Of a stretch of DNA of 64,000 nt, positions 1 through 9,439 are shown piece by piece. The stretch is from Candidatus Omnitrophota bacterium (GTDB taxonomy: Bacteria > Omnitrophota > Gorgyraeia > Duberdicusellales > 4484-171), in NCBI GenBank assembly GCA_037146775.1, contig JBAWWL010000001.1, positions 133,464 to 197,463 of the forward strand. The letters are read 5' to 3'. The notes under the pieces were generated by a model. The model ran no database searches, was not told the DNA's origin, and saw nothing but the letters and a program-made list of their open reading frames with translations. Both the position numbers and the translations under genes were made by a program. The number at the start of each line of letters is the position of its first letter. Position 1 is the stretch's first letter.

Positions 1-1710
1 GACGATTATCCTTTCTTTGTGATAGACGATGCTCGTGGGTTAGAAATGAGTCGTTCCTGTCCATGGAGGGGTTGTACATTTTGTTCAGCTTGTAAACAAT
101 TCGGGAAAGGTAATGCTAACCGCTGGAGGCCATTTCCTCTTAAGAGAATGCTTCAGGTTGTCAGACACAAAGTAAGTGAGGGAGATCATCAGTTTTATAT
201 TATAGATTCAGAAAGCTTTGGTCCGGTAAGGACAACCGCTTCATTTGATAAAACGATGTCAAGAATGGAGGCATTTGCACAAGGTCTAAAAGAGATTAAT
301 GGCGATTTTTCTGGAATAGTTCTTAATAAGAATAAAGTAGAAAAAATAATAAAGAGAGTTAAGAGTTTCAGCAAATTCTTAGGTTTTGTGATCATTAAGT
401 TTTTAACTTTTCTTAAGTTTCTCGGATTATTACGATATAAAATTATCATTCGACCCGCTTCAGTGAGGGTTGATACCATTTATCGACAAGGTGAAAGAGA
501 AAAAAACAAACGACGCAGGCATGTTTATAAACAACTACGAAAGGCCGGTTTTGATATGCTTTATTTAGGAATAGAATCCGGAAGTGATGAACAACTCAGG
601 CGGTATGGCAAGGGGGTGAGTGTTGCTGAAAATAAAAGAGCGATAAAGATTGTAAAAAAACTTGGATTTAAGCTCGATGTAGGATTTATTTTCTTTGACC
701 CTTTAGCTACCTTGGATGATTTACGAAACAATATAAGTTTTATTGAAGAAACCGGGCTATTAGAGATTAATTCTCGTATCCTGGGCAGTCTGCGGGTTCA
801 GGCCGGAAGTCCTTTTGTAGAGATGGCGCGGAAAAAAGGTTTATTAGGAGAATTTGATCTTGATTCTCTGAGCTATGATTGCGATTATGAAAATCGTCAA
901 GTTGCTCAGATAGAAATAATTTTTAGCCGCTGGGAAGCAGTGACTAGGGAGTTATTAAAATGCTGGACCATACCCGAAGAAACTGAAATTGAAGGAAGAA
1001 AAATGGACTTTGAATTTGTTAAAGCGCTTGTTGGGCTTTATCCGGGCACAGATCCTGCATTTCTTGAGCAAGAGATTTTGAGGGTATCAGGCGAATTTGT
1101 AGCGCGAAGGGAGATGTTTTTCCGAGAGATTCAAAATAAATTGAAAAAAATCTTAGATGGAGTAGCTATTGCAAAGTTAGGAGAAGCGCAACATCTGAAT
1201 GAATTATTGATTGGAGAGGTCAAACAATTTCTTGCCAGTTCGGCTTTATGTAAAGATGATTTTCAGGCAATAGCCGCAAGGCTTGCAGACAAAATAAGTA
1301 CCACGGGTAATTTTCGGCATTTGCCGCGTTATCGAAAGCCCATAAACGATTCTTTGGAATGGGAACTCTGTAGAGGTAATTGTGTGAGGTTACCTTCAGG
1401 AAAACATCGCCGTATACCAGCGGGTTCACCACAAGATTACAACTCAATACTCAATACCCGTTACCCACGACTAGATAAAGCCGGTTCGCCGTTTCACGAA
1501 AAACCTTGTTCCTTACCTCGCCGGCAGGCAGGCGCATCGGAACATGGTTTGGTGTCCTATATCAGCGCTGAGCGAACGCGAGTAAGCCGGAGTGCTGACT
1601 CGCCAAAGGATTTTCGTCCACGAACCGCAACTCATGACTTACGATTGTATAAAGCCAACTCGCCGGCACTACCTCCGGTATTAGGACTTTTTTGCGGGGT
1701 AAAAAAATAA
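1..1710 (+). CDS. Radical SAM domain (B12-binding/class B-like type), 5'-truncated by the window edge; possibly the C-terminal end of a much larger protein, with a low-complexity AxSP-punctuated tail
   Basis: Frame is open from base 1 (DDYPFFVIDD...). SRSCPWRGCTFC cluster motif, LGIESGSDEQL and GFIFFDP motifs. The tail after ~1230 is not radical-SAM-like. Confidence 0.75.
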   Translation, partial: DDYPFFVIDDARGLEMSRSCPWRGCTFCSACKQFGKGNANRWRPFPLKRMLQVVRHKVSEGDHQFYIIDSESFGPVRTTASFDKTMSRMEAFAQGLKEINGDFSGIVLNKNKVEKIIKRVKSFSKFLGFVIIKFLTFLKFLGLLRYKIIIRPASVRVDTIYRQGEREKNKRRRHVYKQLRKAGFDMLYLGIESGSDEQLRRYGKGVSVAENKRAIKIVKKLGFKLDVGFIFFDPLATLDDLRNNISFIEETGLLEINSRILGSLRVQAGSPFVEMARKKGLLGEFDLDSLSYDCDYENRQVAQIEIIFSRWEAVTRELLKCWTIPEETEIEGRKMDFEFVKALVGLYPGTDPAFLEQEILRVSGEFVARREMFFREIQNKLKKILDGVAIAKLGEAQHLNELLIGEVKQFLASSALCKDDFQAIAARLADKISTTGNFRHLPRYRKPINDSLEWELCRGNCVRLPSGKHRRIPAGSPQDYNSILNTRYPRLDKAGSPFHEKPCSLPRRQAGASEHGLVSYISAERTRVSRSADSPKDFRPRTATHDLRLYKANSPALPPVLGLFCGVKK

Positions 1711-1800
1711 TTTGTACTATATAAACCGTAGTAATTTTGCTTTTATTTAAAAGGAAGGCTTGGTACAATAATAATCGACGAAAAGCATAGGAGGTGTGCG

Positions 1801-2115
1801 ATGGTGTCTGAAGAGCAGTTTGGTTACAGAAGGGCGTATAAGCGGTTGCCTTGTCTTTTGTCGGCGACATACAAGACACATGAAGTAACGCAATGTCAGG
1901 CTACCTGTTATGACATCAGCTACAAGGGCGCAGGTATTATTGCCAGTGAGCCTCTGGCTATCGATCATGGGCTTACGCTTGAGCTTAATACTATGCGGTC
2001 AGGACTTTTATCGCTAGAAGGAACGGTGCGCTGGTGTAAGAAAGTTTCTAAAGGCTGGCAGGCCGGTATTATGTTTGATAAGATTCTACCTTTTGAGCTC
2101 GAGAGGCTTGTGTAA
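1801..2115 (+). CDS. PilZ domain protein (c-di-GMP receptor)
   Basis: RRAYKR (RxxxR) and DISYKG (DxSxxG) motifs, GTVRW strand; SD GGAGGT upstream. Confidence 0.85.
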   Translation: MVSEEQFGYRRAYKRLPCLLSATYKTHEVTQCQATCYDISYKGAGIIASEPLAIDHGLTLELNTMRSGLLSLEGTVRWCKKVSKGWQAGIMFDKILPFELERLV

Positions 2116-2164
2116 CCTTCCTGATGCGCAGCCTTACCCGATGCCTAGCACATATTATTGCCAT

Positions 2165-3832
2165 ATGAAGAATTTCTTACGGCGGCGCGCCTCAACAGAC
2201 CCCGCCTTTACTGCTATATTTTGTGCCCTAGTTATAACTTTTTCTCTGCTATTACCTTTTATAATTCGTGGCCAGAATATCCAGTCGACTGATAATAATG
2301 TGCCAGTTTACGGTGATACCATTGTTACGGGCACTAGTGCGGAGGCAAGCAACTTAATTCCTATGCTTTCTTCGGATAGCGCCTCTCATGAAATTTCAGG
2401 GATGATTTTTAATGGCCTGGTGAAATATGATAAAGACCTTACACTTGCCGGCGATTTAGCCCAAAATTGGGAAATAAGCCCTGATGGTTTGACTATCATT
2501 TTTCATTTGCGAAAAGGAGTGAAATGGCAAGATGGTGTAGAGGTAACTGCTGATGATGTTATGTTTGGCTACCGCACCATCATTGATGAGCGTACTCCTA
2601 CTGCGTATAAAGAAGATTATTTGCAGGTAAAAGAAGCCCGGGCAATAGACCGCTATACTTTTCGTGTCACTTATGAATTGCCGTTCGCACCGGCTTTAAG
2701 CAGCTGGGGAAGCCTTGTTGTTCTCCCTAAACATATACTTGAAGGAAAAATTATTACAAAAAATGATTTTTCCCGTAAACCAATAGGTAACGGACCGTTT
2801 AAATTATTAGAATGGATTCCTGGGCAGAGAGTTATCTTGGAGTCTAATCCGGAATATTTCGAAGGCAAGCCATACATTAACAGGTTTGTTTACCGTATTA
2901 TCCCAGACGTTTCTACTATGTTTTTGGAACTTAAAACCGGCGGGATTGATTGGATGGGATTGACGCCGCTACAATATAAAAACCAGACGGATACAGATTA
3001 TTTTAAGAAAAACTATAAAAAATTTCGCTACCCAAGCTTTGCCTACACTTACTTAGGTTTTAATTTCAAGCATCCTTGGTTCCAGGACAAGCGTATTCGC
3101 CAGGCGTTTGCTTATGCGATAAATAAAGAAGAAATTATAAAAGGGGTTTTATCCGGTTTGGCTACTCCCTCAACCGGGCCCTATGTTCCGAACACCTGGC
3201 CATATAATCCGGAAGTGAAAAAATACGAATTTAATCCCCAAAAAGCACAGGAATTACTTAAAAGTGCAGGCTGGCAGGATACTAACAGCGATGGTATTTT
3301 AGAAAAAGACGGCCGGCCGTTCGAGTTTACCATTCTTACGAATATGGGTAATACTTTAAGGATGAAAACCGCTACCATTATTCAGTGGCGGTTAAGTAAA
3401 ATTGGAATTAAAGTGCATATTAGAGAGCTTGAGTGGTCAACGTTCATCAATGAGTTTATCGACAAAAAACGTTTCGAGGCGGTTCTTTTGGGCTGGAGCA
3501 TTGGTCTTGATCCCGACCAATACGATATTTGGCATTCCAGTAAAACTAAAGAGAAAGAACTAAATTTTATCAGTTTTAAAAACGCAGAAGTGGACGAGTT
3601 GTTAGAGACTGGCCGAAGGACATTTGATATAGAAAAAAGGAAGAAAGCGTATTACCGTATTCAAGAGATTCTGTCGGAGGAATTGCCGTATATTTTTTTA
3701 TACGTTCCTGATTCTTTGTCGATTATCAGTTCGCGTTTCTATGGTATTGAGCCTGCGGCGACAGGCATTGGCTATAATATCCATAAATGGTATGTGCCAA
3801 AGAGATTACAGAAGCACGCAATAGAGAAATAG
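2165..3832 (+). CDS. Peptide ABC transporter substrate-binding protein (SBP family 5, AppA/OppA/DppA-like)
   Basis: FNGLVKYD, LRKGVKWQDG and PIGNGPFKL motifs; N-terminal hydrophobic anchor. Start taken at ATG 2165, since the ORF-track start 2075 overlaps PilZ. Confidence 0.9.
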   Translation: MKNFLRRRASTDPAFTAIFCALVITFSLLLPFIIRGQNIQSTDNNVPVYGDTIVTGTSAEASNLIPMLSSDSASHEISGMIFNGLVKYDKDLTLAGDLAQNWEISPDGLTIIFHLRKGVKWQDGVEVTADDVMFGYRTIIDERTPTAYKEDYLQVKEARAIDRYTFRVTYELPFAPALSSWGSLVVLPKHILEGKIITKNDFSRKPIGNGPFKLLEWIPGQRVILESNPEYFEGKPYINRFVYRIIPDVSTMFLELKTGGIDWMGLTPLQYKNQTDTDYFKKNYKKFRYPSFAYTYLGFNFKHPWFQDKRIRQAFAYAINKEEIIKGVLSGLATPSTGPYVPNTWPYNPEVKKYEFNPQKAQELLKSAGWQDTNSDGILEKDGRPFEFTILTNMGNTLRMKTATIIQWRLSKIGIKVHIRELEWSTFINEFIDKKRFEAVLLGWSIGLDPDQYDIWHSSKTKEKELNFISFKNAEVDELLETGRRTFDIEKRKKAYYRIQEILSEELPYIFLYVPDSLSIISSRFYGIEPAATGIGYNIHKWYVPKRLQKHAIEK

Positions 3833-3844
3833 GCTGATCTAATC

Positions 3845-4819
3845 ATGCTGAAATATTTATCCAAGAAGGCATTCGAATTAATTCCCACATTCTTTGGTAT
3901 TACTCTTATTTCGTTTTTTTTAATTCATCTGACTCCTGGTAAACCCACAGACGTTATGTCTGAGCTGAATCCTAAAATGACGCCAGAAGCACGGTTGCGG
4001 CTTGAAAAATATTACGGATTAGACAAACCCATAATCGTGCAATACGCAAAATGGCTTTCTCGGCTGATTACCTGCGATTTTGGGGAAAGTTTTTCGCAGG
4101 ATAAGCGCCTTGTCTGGGATAAAATAAAAGAGCGTTTGCCCATAACGATTTTTATTAACTTTGTTGCGCTTATACTGATTTTTCTCATCGCTATCCCCAT
4201 AGGTATACGTTGTGCTATCCGGCCGAATTCTTTATATGATAATATAACCACAGTATCGGTATTTATAGGTTTGGCTACGCCTACCTTTTGGCTTGCGCTT
4301 ATTTTACAGTTGATTTTTGGAGTATACCTGGGGTGGCTGCCTATTTCAGGAATAAAATCTTTAGGTTACGAAGGCATGTCTTTATTAGGCAAGATGTGGG
4401 ATTTTACCAGTCATCTTATCTTACCTATATTTATATCAATTTTTGGCGGCTTAGCCGGGCTTTCGCGGTATATGCGTTCAAATATGATTGAAGTGCTTAA
4501 CCAAGAGTATATTATGACCGCTCGGGCCAAGGGACTTTCTGAAAAAGCGATTATTTATAAACATGCTCTAAGGAATGCTTTATTGCCGGTAATAACTATC
4601 CTTGGGCTTTCTATTCCTGGGTTGATAGGCGGCAGTGTTATTTTTGAAACCATTTTTGCTATTCCGGGCATGGGCCAACTTTCATATATGGCGGTTATGA
4701 CCAGGGATTATCCCCTAATTATGGCACTTTTAGTTATCGATGCTTTTCTGGTTTTAATTGGCAACCTTCTTGCGGATATAGGCTATGCTTTAGCTGACCC
4801 GCGTATCCGGGTAAAATGA
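3845..4819 (+). CDS. oppB: Peptide ABC transporter permease (OppB/DppB)
   Basis: [17 protein letters not shown] (EAA loop), [13 protein letters not shown]. Confidence 0.9.
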   Translation: MLKYLSKKAFELIPTFFGITLISFFLIHLTPGKPTDVMSELNPKMTPEARLRLEKYYGLDKPIIVQYAKWLSRLITCDFGESFSQDKRLVWDKIKERLPITIFINFVALILIFLIAIPIGIRCAIRPNSLYDNITTVSVFIGLATPTFWLALILQLIFGVYLGWLPISGIKSLGYEGMSLLGKMWDFTSHLILPIFISIFGGLAGLSRYMRSNMIEVLNQEYIMTARAKGLSEKAIIYKHALRNALLPVITILGLSIPGLIGGSVIFETIFAIPGMGQLSYMAVMTRDYPLIMALLVIDAFLVLIGNLLADIGYALADPRIRVK

Positions 4820-5655
4820 TAATTATGAATATGTTTTGGAAAAGATTTAAAAAGAATAAGTTAGCAGTGGGTGGAGCTATATTTGTATTTCTGCTGGTTA
4901 TCGTAGCCATAGCTGCTCCTTTATTTGCACCGCAAGATCCCAATGCCATTGATGTGGACAGTATATTACAGCTGCCAAGCGTAATTCATCCTCTGGGAAC
5001 AGATGATTTGGGCCGGGATGTTTTAAGCAGAATGATCTGGGGGGCGCGTATTTCTTTAGCTGTCGGTTTCGTGGCGGTAGGGATAGCAACACTGATCGGA
5101 GTTATCTTGGGCGCCATAGCGGGATATTATAGGGGCTTGATCGAATCTCTTATTATGCGCTTAGTGGATATCATGCTGACCATACCCAGTTTTTTTCTTA
5201 TTCTTACTGTAATTGCTTTTGTCGGTCCGGGTATCTGGAATATTATGGTGGTAATCGGTGTAACCAGCTGGATGGGGGTGGCGCGGTTAGTGCGCGCAGA
5301 GTTTTTAAGCCTTAACGAACGGGAATTCATTTTAGCCGCTAAATCTGTCGGTGCCAGTAATACCCGGATAATATTGCGCCACATACTGCCTAACGCGTTA
5401 TCTCCGGTGTATGTTTATTTTATTTTAGGTATAGCCGGGGCGATATTATTAGAGTCGGCTTTGAGTTTTTTAGGATTGGGGGTCCAGCCGCCGGCCCCAA
5501 GCTGGGGAAATATTTTGGCTTCCGGACGAGAAAACATGGAAATTGCTTGGTGGTTAGTTGTGTTTCCTGGCATGGCGATATTAGTTACTTGTCTTTCTTA
5601 TTATCTTTTGGGCGAAGGAATTAGAGAAGCGCTGGATCCAAGGCTTAAAACATAA
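4816..5655 (+). CDS. oppC: Peptide ABC transporter permease (OppC/DppC)
   Basis: [35 protein letters not shown]. Confidence 0.9.
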   Translation: MIIMNMFWKRFKKNKLAVGGAIFVFLLVIVAIAAPLFAPQDPNAIDVDSILQLPSVIHPLGTDDLGRDVLSRMIWGARISLAVGFVAVGIATLIGVILGAIAGYYRGLIESLIMRLVDIMLTIPSFFLILTVIAFVGPGIWNIMVVIGVTSWMGVARLVRAEFLSLNEREFILAAKSVGASNTRIILRHILPNALSPVYVYFILGIAGAILLESALSFLGLGVQPPAPSWGNILASGRENMEIAWWLVVFPGMAILVTCLSYYLLGEGIREALDPRLKT

Positions 5656-5730
5656 TTAAATAATCAACGGATTGATTAAAAACAAATTTGTTAATTTTAT
5701 AATCATTTAATCCGTTAATTCACTAATAAT
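5653..5730. repeat. Degenerate 8-nt tandem repeats in inverted arrangement at the oppC/oppD junction
   Basis: taattaaa-taatcaac-ggattgat ... ttaatttt-ataatcat-ttaatccg-ttaattca-ctaataat. Confidence 0.55.
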
Positions 5731-5736
5731 TTAAAT

Positions 5737-6705
5737 ATGAGTTTATTGAAAGTAAATAATTTAGAAGTTTCTTTTTTTACCGATGCCGGTGAGGTTAAAG
5801 CCGTCAGGGGCATAAGTTTTAGCTTAGAAAAAGGTAAAACCTTAGGGTTGGTTGGTGAAAGTGGGTGTGGTAAAACTGCTACCGCACTTTCCCTTGTACG
5901 CTTGGTGCCTTATCCCGGGCGTATTAAAGGCGGAGAGATATTATATAAGGGTAGCGATGTGCTTAAACTTAATGAGATAGAGATGCGTAAAATCAGAGGA
6001 AAAGAAATAGCTTTTGTTTTTCAGGAACCGATGTCGGCGTTGAACCCGGTATTTACCATAGGAGAGCAGATAGCAGAAGCTGTGATGTTGCATCAAGGGG
6101 TGGATAGCAAAGAAGCACTTACAAAAACCGCCGATGTCTTGGGCCGCGTTGGTATTGCTCAAACCCTCCGGCGCATGAAAGATTATCCGCATCAGCTAAG
6201 CGGAGGAATGCGCCAGCGCGTTTTAATTGCCATGGCGCTTGCGTGTAATCCGGCCTTGCTTATCGCGGATGAGCCTACAACTGCCCTGGATGTTACTATC
6301 CAGGCGCAAATAATCGAGTTAATCGGTAACTTGCAGAAAGAAATGCAGATGGCCATGTTGTTGATTACGCACGATTTGGGCATTGTTGCAGAAACTGTGG
6401 ATGAAGTAGCAATTATGTATAGCGGAAAGATTGTAGAGATTGCTTCATGCAAAGAACTCTTTCTCAAACCGTTTCACCCATACACCCAAGGGCTTTTGGA
6501 TTCATTGCCAAGAATCGAAGGCAGTCAAAGAATTCCGCTTAAAACGATAAAAGGTACGGTTGGCCAGCTGATTAATATCCCGCAAGGTTGCAGTTTCTAT
6601 GATCGATGCCCTCAGGCCAAAGATTCTTGCAGAGAGCAGGAGCCCGAACTTATTGAATGCAGGCCAGGACATAGGGTGGCATGCTATCTCTACGATCAGG
6701 ATTAA
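5737..6705 (+). CDS. oppD: Peptide ABC transporter ATP-binding protein (OppD/DppD)
   Basis: GESGCGKT, YPHQLSGGMRQR, ADEPTTALD, C-terminal HPYT and Cys-rich tail. Confidence 0.92.
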   Translation: MSLLKVNNLEVSFFTDAGEVKAVRGISFSLEKGKTLGLVGESGCGKTATALSLVRLVPYPGRIKGGEILYKGSDVLKLNEIEMRKIRGKEIAFVFQEPMSALNPVFTIGEQIAEAVMLHQGVDSKEALTKTADVLGRVGIAQTLRRMKDYPHQLSGGMRQRVLIAMALACNPALLIADEPTTALDVTIQAQIIELIGNLQKEMQMAMLLITHDLGIVAETVDEVAIMYSGKIVEIASCKELFLKPFHPYTQGLLDSLPRIEGSQRIPLKTIKGTVGQLINIPQGCSFYDRCPQAKDSCREQEPELIECRPGHRVACYLYDQD

Positions 6706-6734
6706 CGAATTAAAGGATTAATGAATTTCATTAA
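6699..6734. repeat. 8-nt tandem repeat remnant at the oppD/oppF junction
   Basis: ggattaac-gaattaaa-ggattaat-gaatttca; same unit as the reverse complement of ttaatccg at 5707. Confidence 0.5.
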
Positions 6735-6746
6735 AAAGATTGTATT

Positions 6747-7706
6747 ATGTCAGAATTGTTGAGAGCTGAAAATTTGGTAAAGCATTTCCCGGTCACGTCC
6801 GGTTTCTTCGGAGGAAAAGCCGGTGTGGTACATGCTGTCAGCGGAGTGAGTTTCTTTCTGAAAGAAGGAGAAACTCTTGGATTAGTGGGGGAAAGTGGTT
6901 GCGGTAAATCTACGCTCGCTAAATTAGTCGCTCGGCTCATCGCGCCTGATAGCGGAACAATTATTTTTGAAGGAAAAGATGTGACGCGGTTAAACACAAA
7001 AGCATTGAAGTCTTTCCACCGCAACCTGCAATTTGTATTCCAGGATCCGTACTCTTCTTTAAACCCCAGAATGACCGCTGCTAAAATTATCGCTGAACCT
7101 TTGTCCATCCATGGTATAGCCGGGGGTACGGTCTTGACGGAAAAAGTTAATCAGTTGTTAGATATTGTCGGAATTTCCAAAAACGCGCGTAACCGCTATC
7201 CCCATGAATTTAGTGGCGGCCAACGTCAAAGAATCGGCATTGCCAGGGCATTAGCGCTGAATCCTAAACTTATTATTGCGGACGAACCTATTTCTGCGTT
7301 GGATATTTCTATCCAGGCACAAGTCTTAAACTTATTTCTCAGGCTGCAAAAAGAATTTCACCTTACGTATTTATTTATCAGTCACGACCTGCGTATTATA
7401 GAATATATGAGCGACAGAATAATGGTGATGTATTTAGGTAAGATTATGGAAATTGCTCCGGCAAAAGATCTATATTTTCATCCTATACATCCCTATACTC
7501 AGGCGCTTTTGTCCGATATTCCTGCATTGGGCGGCCGGTCATCAAAAAGAATTATTCTGAAAGGAGAAATCCCTTCGCCGATAAATCCGCCTTGGGGGTG
7601 CAGATTTCATACTCGCTGCATATATGTTCAAGACAGATGCAGGAATGAAGAGCCGCCGTTATCCTTGCGCGATGACCGTTTATTTGCGTGTCATTTTCCA
7701 CTTTAA
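6747..7706 (+). CDS. oppF: Peptide ABC transporter ATP-binding protein (OppF/DppF)
   Basis: GESGCGKST, YPHEFSGGQRQR, GEIPSPINPP.GCRFHTRC. Confidence 0.92.
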   Translation: MSELLRAENLVKHFPVTSGFFGGKAGVVHAVSGVSFFLKEGETLGLVGESGCGKSTLAKLVARLIAPDSGTIIFEGKDVTRLNTKALKSFHRNLQFVFQDPYSSLNPRMTAAKIIAEPLSIHGIAGGTVLTEKVNQLLDIVGISKNARNRYPHEFSGGQRQRIGIARALALNPKLIIADEPISALDISIQAQVLNLFLRLQKEFHLTYLFISHDLRIIEYMSDRIMVMYLGKIMEIAPAKDLYFHPIHPYTQALLSDIPALGGRSSKRIILKGEIPSPINPPWGCRFHTRCIYVQDRCRNEEPPLSLRDDRLFACHFPL

Positions 7707-7890
7707 TAAAGCTTTTCCTCTTTATGCCTGGTAAGGTGTTTTTGGGGTAGAAAAGCTTGGGAAAGTAGAAAATGCTTTATTTTTAAGGGTTTTTTGATAT
7801 AATAAAATAGTTCGATACTTTTGTAGGTATTCTTGAAAAGAGTATTATAATCAATAATCATAGGCTTATTATAAGGTAAGAGGAGGTAGA

Positions 7891-8154
7891 ATGGCCAGTC
7901 AAATCAATCTGGAAGAAGCAAAGAAGGAAATTAAAAAGCTTGTAGCGGAAATTGCCGAAAGGACAGAAGAGGAAGTCAAGGAAGACGCGCAATTTGCCGA
8001 AGATTTAGGCATTGACAGTATGATGGCTTTGGAAATTGTGGCCAGTATCGAAAAAAAATATAAGTTAGTTATTCCTGAAGAAGAAATTCCCAATATTCGT
8101 TCTTTACGTAACGTATACGATTTGCTTGAGAAGCTGCAGGACAAATCCGCTTGA
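7891..8154 (+). CDS. Acyl carrier protein
   Basis: Acidic 87 aa, LGIDSMMALE phosphopantetheine motif; SD GAGGAGG. Confidence 0.88.
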   Translation: MASQINLEEAKKEIKKLVAEIAERTEEEVKEDAQFAEDLGIDSMMALEIVASIEKKYKLVIPEEEIPNIRSLRNVYDLLEKLQDKSA

Positions 8155-8273
8155 GTACCGGTAGTCGTTCTTTTCTGAAGTGTTTAATGAGATAAAGGGC
8201 GCGTCCGGGCGATGGCGTGGAGTACGGGCATTTTTCTGCCGGCACCCCACTAGGTAAGCGCCAAGGAGGAGCG

Positions 8274-8654
8274 ATGGACAGAAAAAAAGTGCTGATCGTT
8301 GACGACGAAGAAAACGTATGTCTTTTTATGAAGGATATTTTTGAACGTAGTGGTTTGAAGGCATTTACCGCCCTAAGCGGCGAAGATGCTATGGCTACTT
8401 TCTCTAAGCAAAAACCGGAAGTTTGTATCATTGATATCCATATGCCGTTTTCCGAGTTTGACGGTATGGAGGTGCTCAGGCGCGTAAAGGACATAAATCA
8501 AAAAACCGTGTGTGTCGTGATAAGCCGTATTGACGACAAGGAGAAGATCAAGAAAGCAATGTTGCTTGGAACGGAACAATACTTGCTTAAACCCGTAAGC
8601 GTCGAGGAGATAAAAGATCTTATTGAGCATCTAAGGGCTGTATCGGTCAGCTAG
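8274..8654 (+). CDS. Single-domain response regulator (receiver)
   Basis: VLIVDDEE, IIDIHMP (phospho-Asp), LLKP; start ATG 8274 after AAGGAGG. Confidence 0.88.
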   Translation: MDRKKVLIVDDEENVCLFMKDIFERSGLKAFTALSGEDAMATFSKQKPEVCIIDIHMPFSEFDGMEVLRRVKDINQKTVCVVISRIDDKEKIKKAMLLGTEQYLLKPVSVEEIKDLIEHLRAVSVS

Positions 8655-8671
8655 ATGGCAGAAGGAGCCTG

Positions 8672-9001
8672 ATGGCAAATCCTTTACGTAACGAGGAAGA
8701 AATTTATGCGCAGCTCAAGAAAGAACACATTACTATCCACCCGTTGATATGGGAGCTGGTCGATCATCATATCAGAAATGACATTAATATTATCTCGTTG
8801 GCTATTGGAGGTCTGCGTTTTCATCGTTTATGGATTTTAAAGTTCTCCGGATTTATGATTAAATTTCTTCATCGTATTACGTTCCAGCCTGGTAAACCGG
8901 AAGATCTTGTTAATGCTTGTGACCGAAGTTTAAAAAGAGTGAAAGACGTAGATCTGTTTCTTAAAAAACTAAAACAAGCTACAGAAAACGATCAGGAGTA
9001 A
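8672..9001 (+). CDS. Hypothetical helical protein with an H-box-like motif (possible stand-alone phosphotransfer domain)
   Basis: ELVDHHIRNDINIISL resembles HisKA_2/Spo0B-type H-boxes; lies between two receiver genes; SD AAGGAG. Confidence 0.55.
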   Translation: MANPLRNEEEIYAQLKKEHITIHPLIWELVDHHIRNDINIISLAIGGLRFHRLWILKFSGFMIKFLHRITFQPGKPEDLVNACDRSLKRVKDVDLFLKKLKQATENDQE

Positions 9002-9017
9002 GGGGTATCCTGTAAGT

Positions 9018-9374
9018 ATGAGTACTTTCTTGATTGTTGATGACGAAGTTTCCGTGCAGGATATTGTAGGAAACTTTATTGTGCGCAGGGGCCAACAAAT
9101 TTTAAAGGCACAAACCGGTCAGGAAGCGATCGCACTTTATGCAAAACATAGACCCGATTGTGTGTTACTAGACATGAAATTACCCGACATAAGCGGTATC
9201 GAGGTTTGTAAGAGCATTAAAACATTCAACCCGCAGGCAAAAATCTATTTTATTACAGGTATTGACGATAATAGTTTTAAGCAAGAAGCAGAACAGCTTG
9301 GTTCTGCCGGCTACCTCGTAAAGCCGATCGTGCTGGATGATGTGGCACAAATAATAAAAAGCATCTCTCCCTAG
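9018..9374 (+). CDS. Single-domain response regulator (receiver)
   Basis: LIVDDE, LLDMKLP, ITG, LVKP. Confidence 0.88.
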   Translation: MSTFLIVDDEVSVQDIVGNFIVRRGQQILKAQTGQEAIALYAKHRPDCVLLDMKLPDISGIEVCKSIKTFNPQAKIYFITGIDDNSFKQEAEQLGSAGYLVKPIVLDDVAQIIKSISP

Positions 9375-9439
9375 CCAACAATTTCCCTCCGGTTTTACCA
9401 ACACATATTGTCAGGTGACGTTAAAGTACATAGGCTGAA

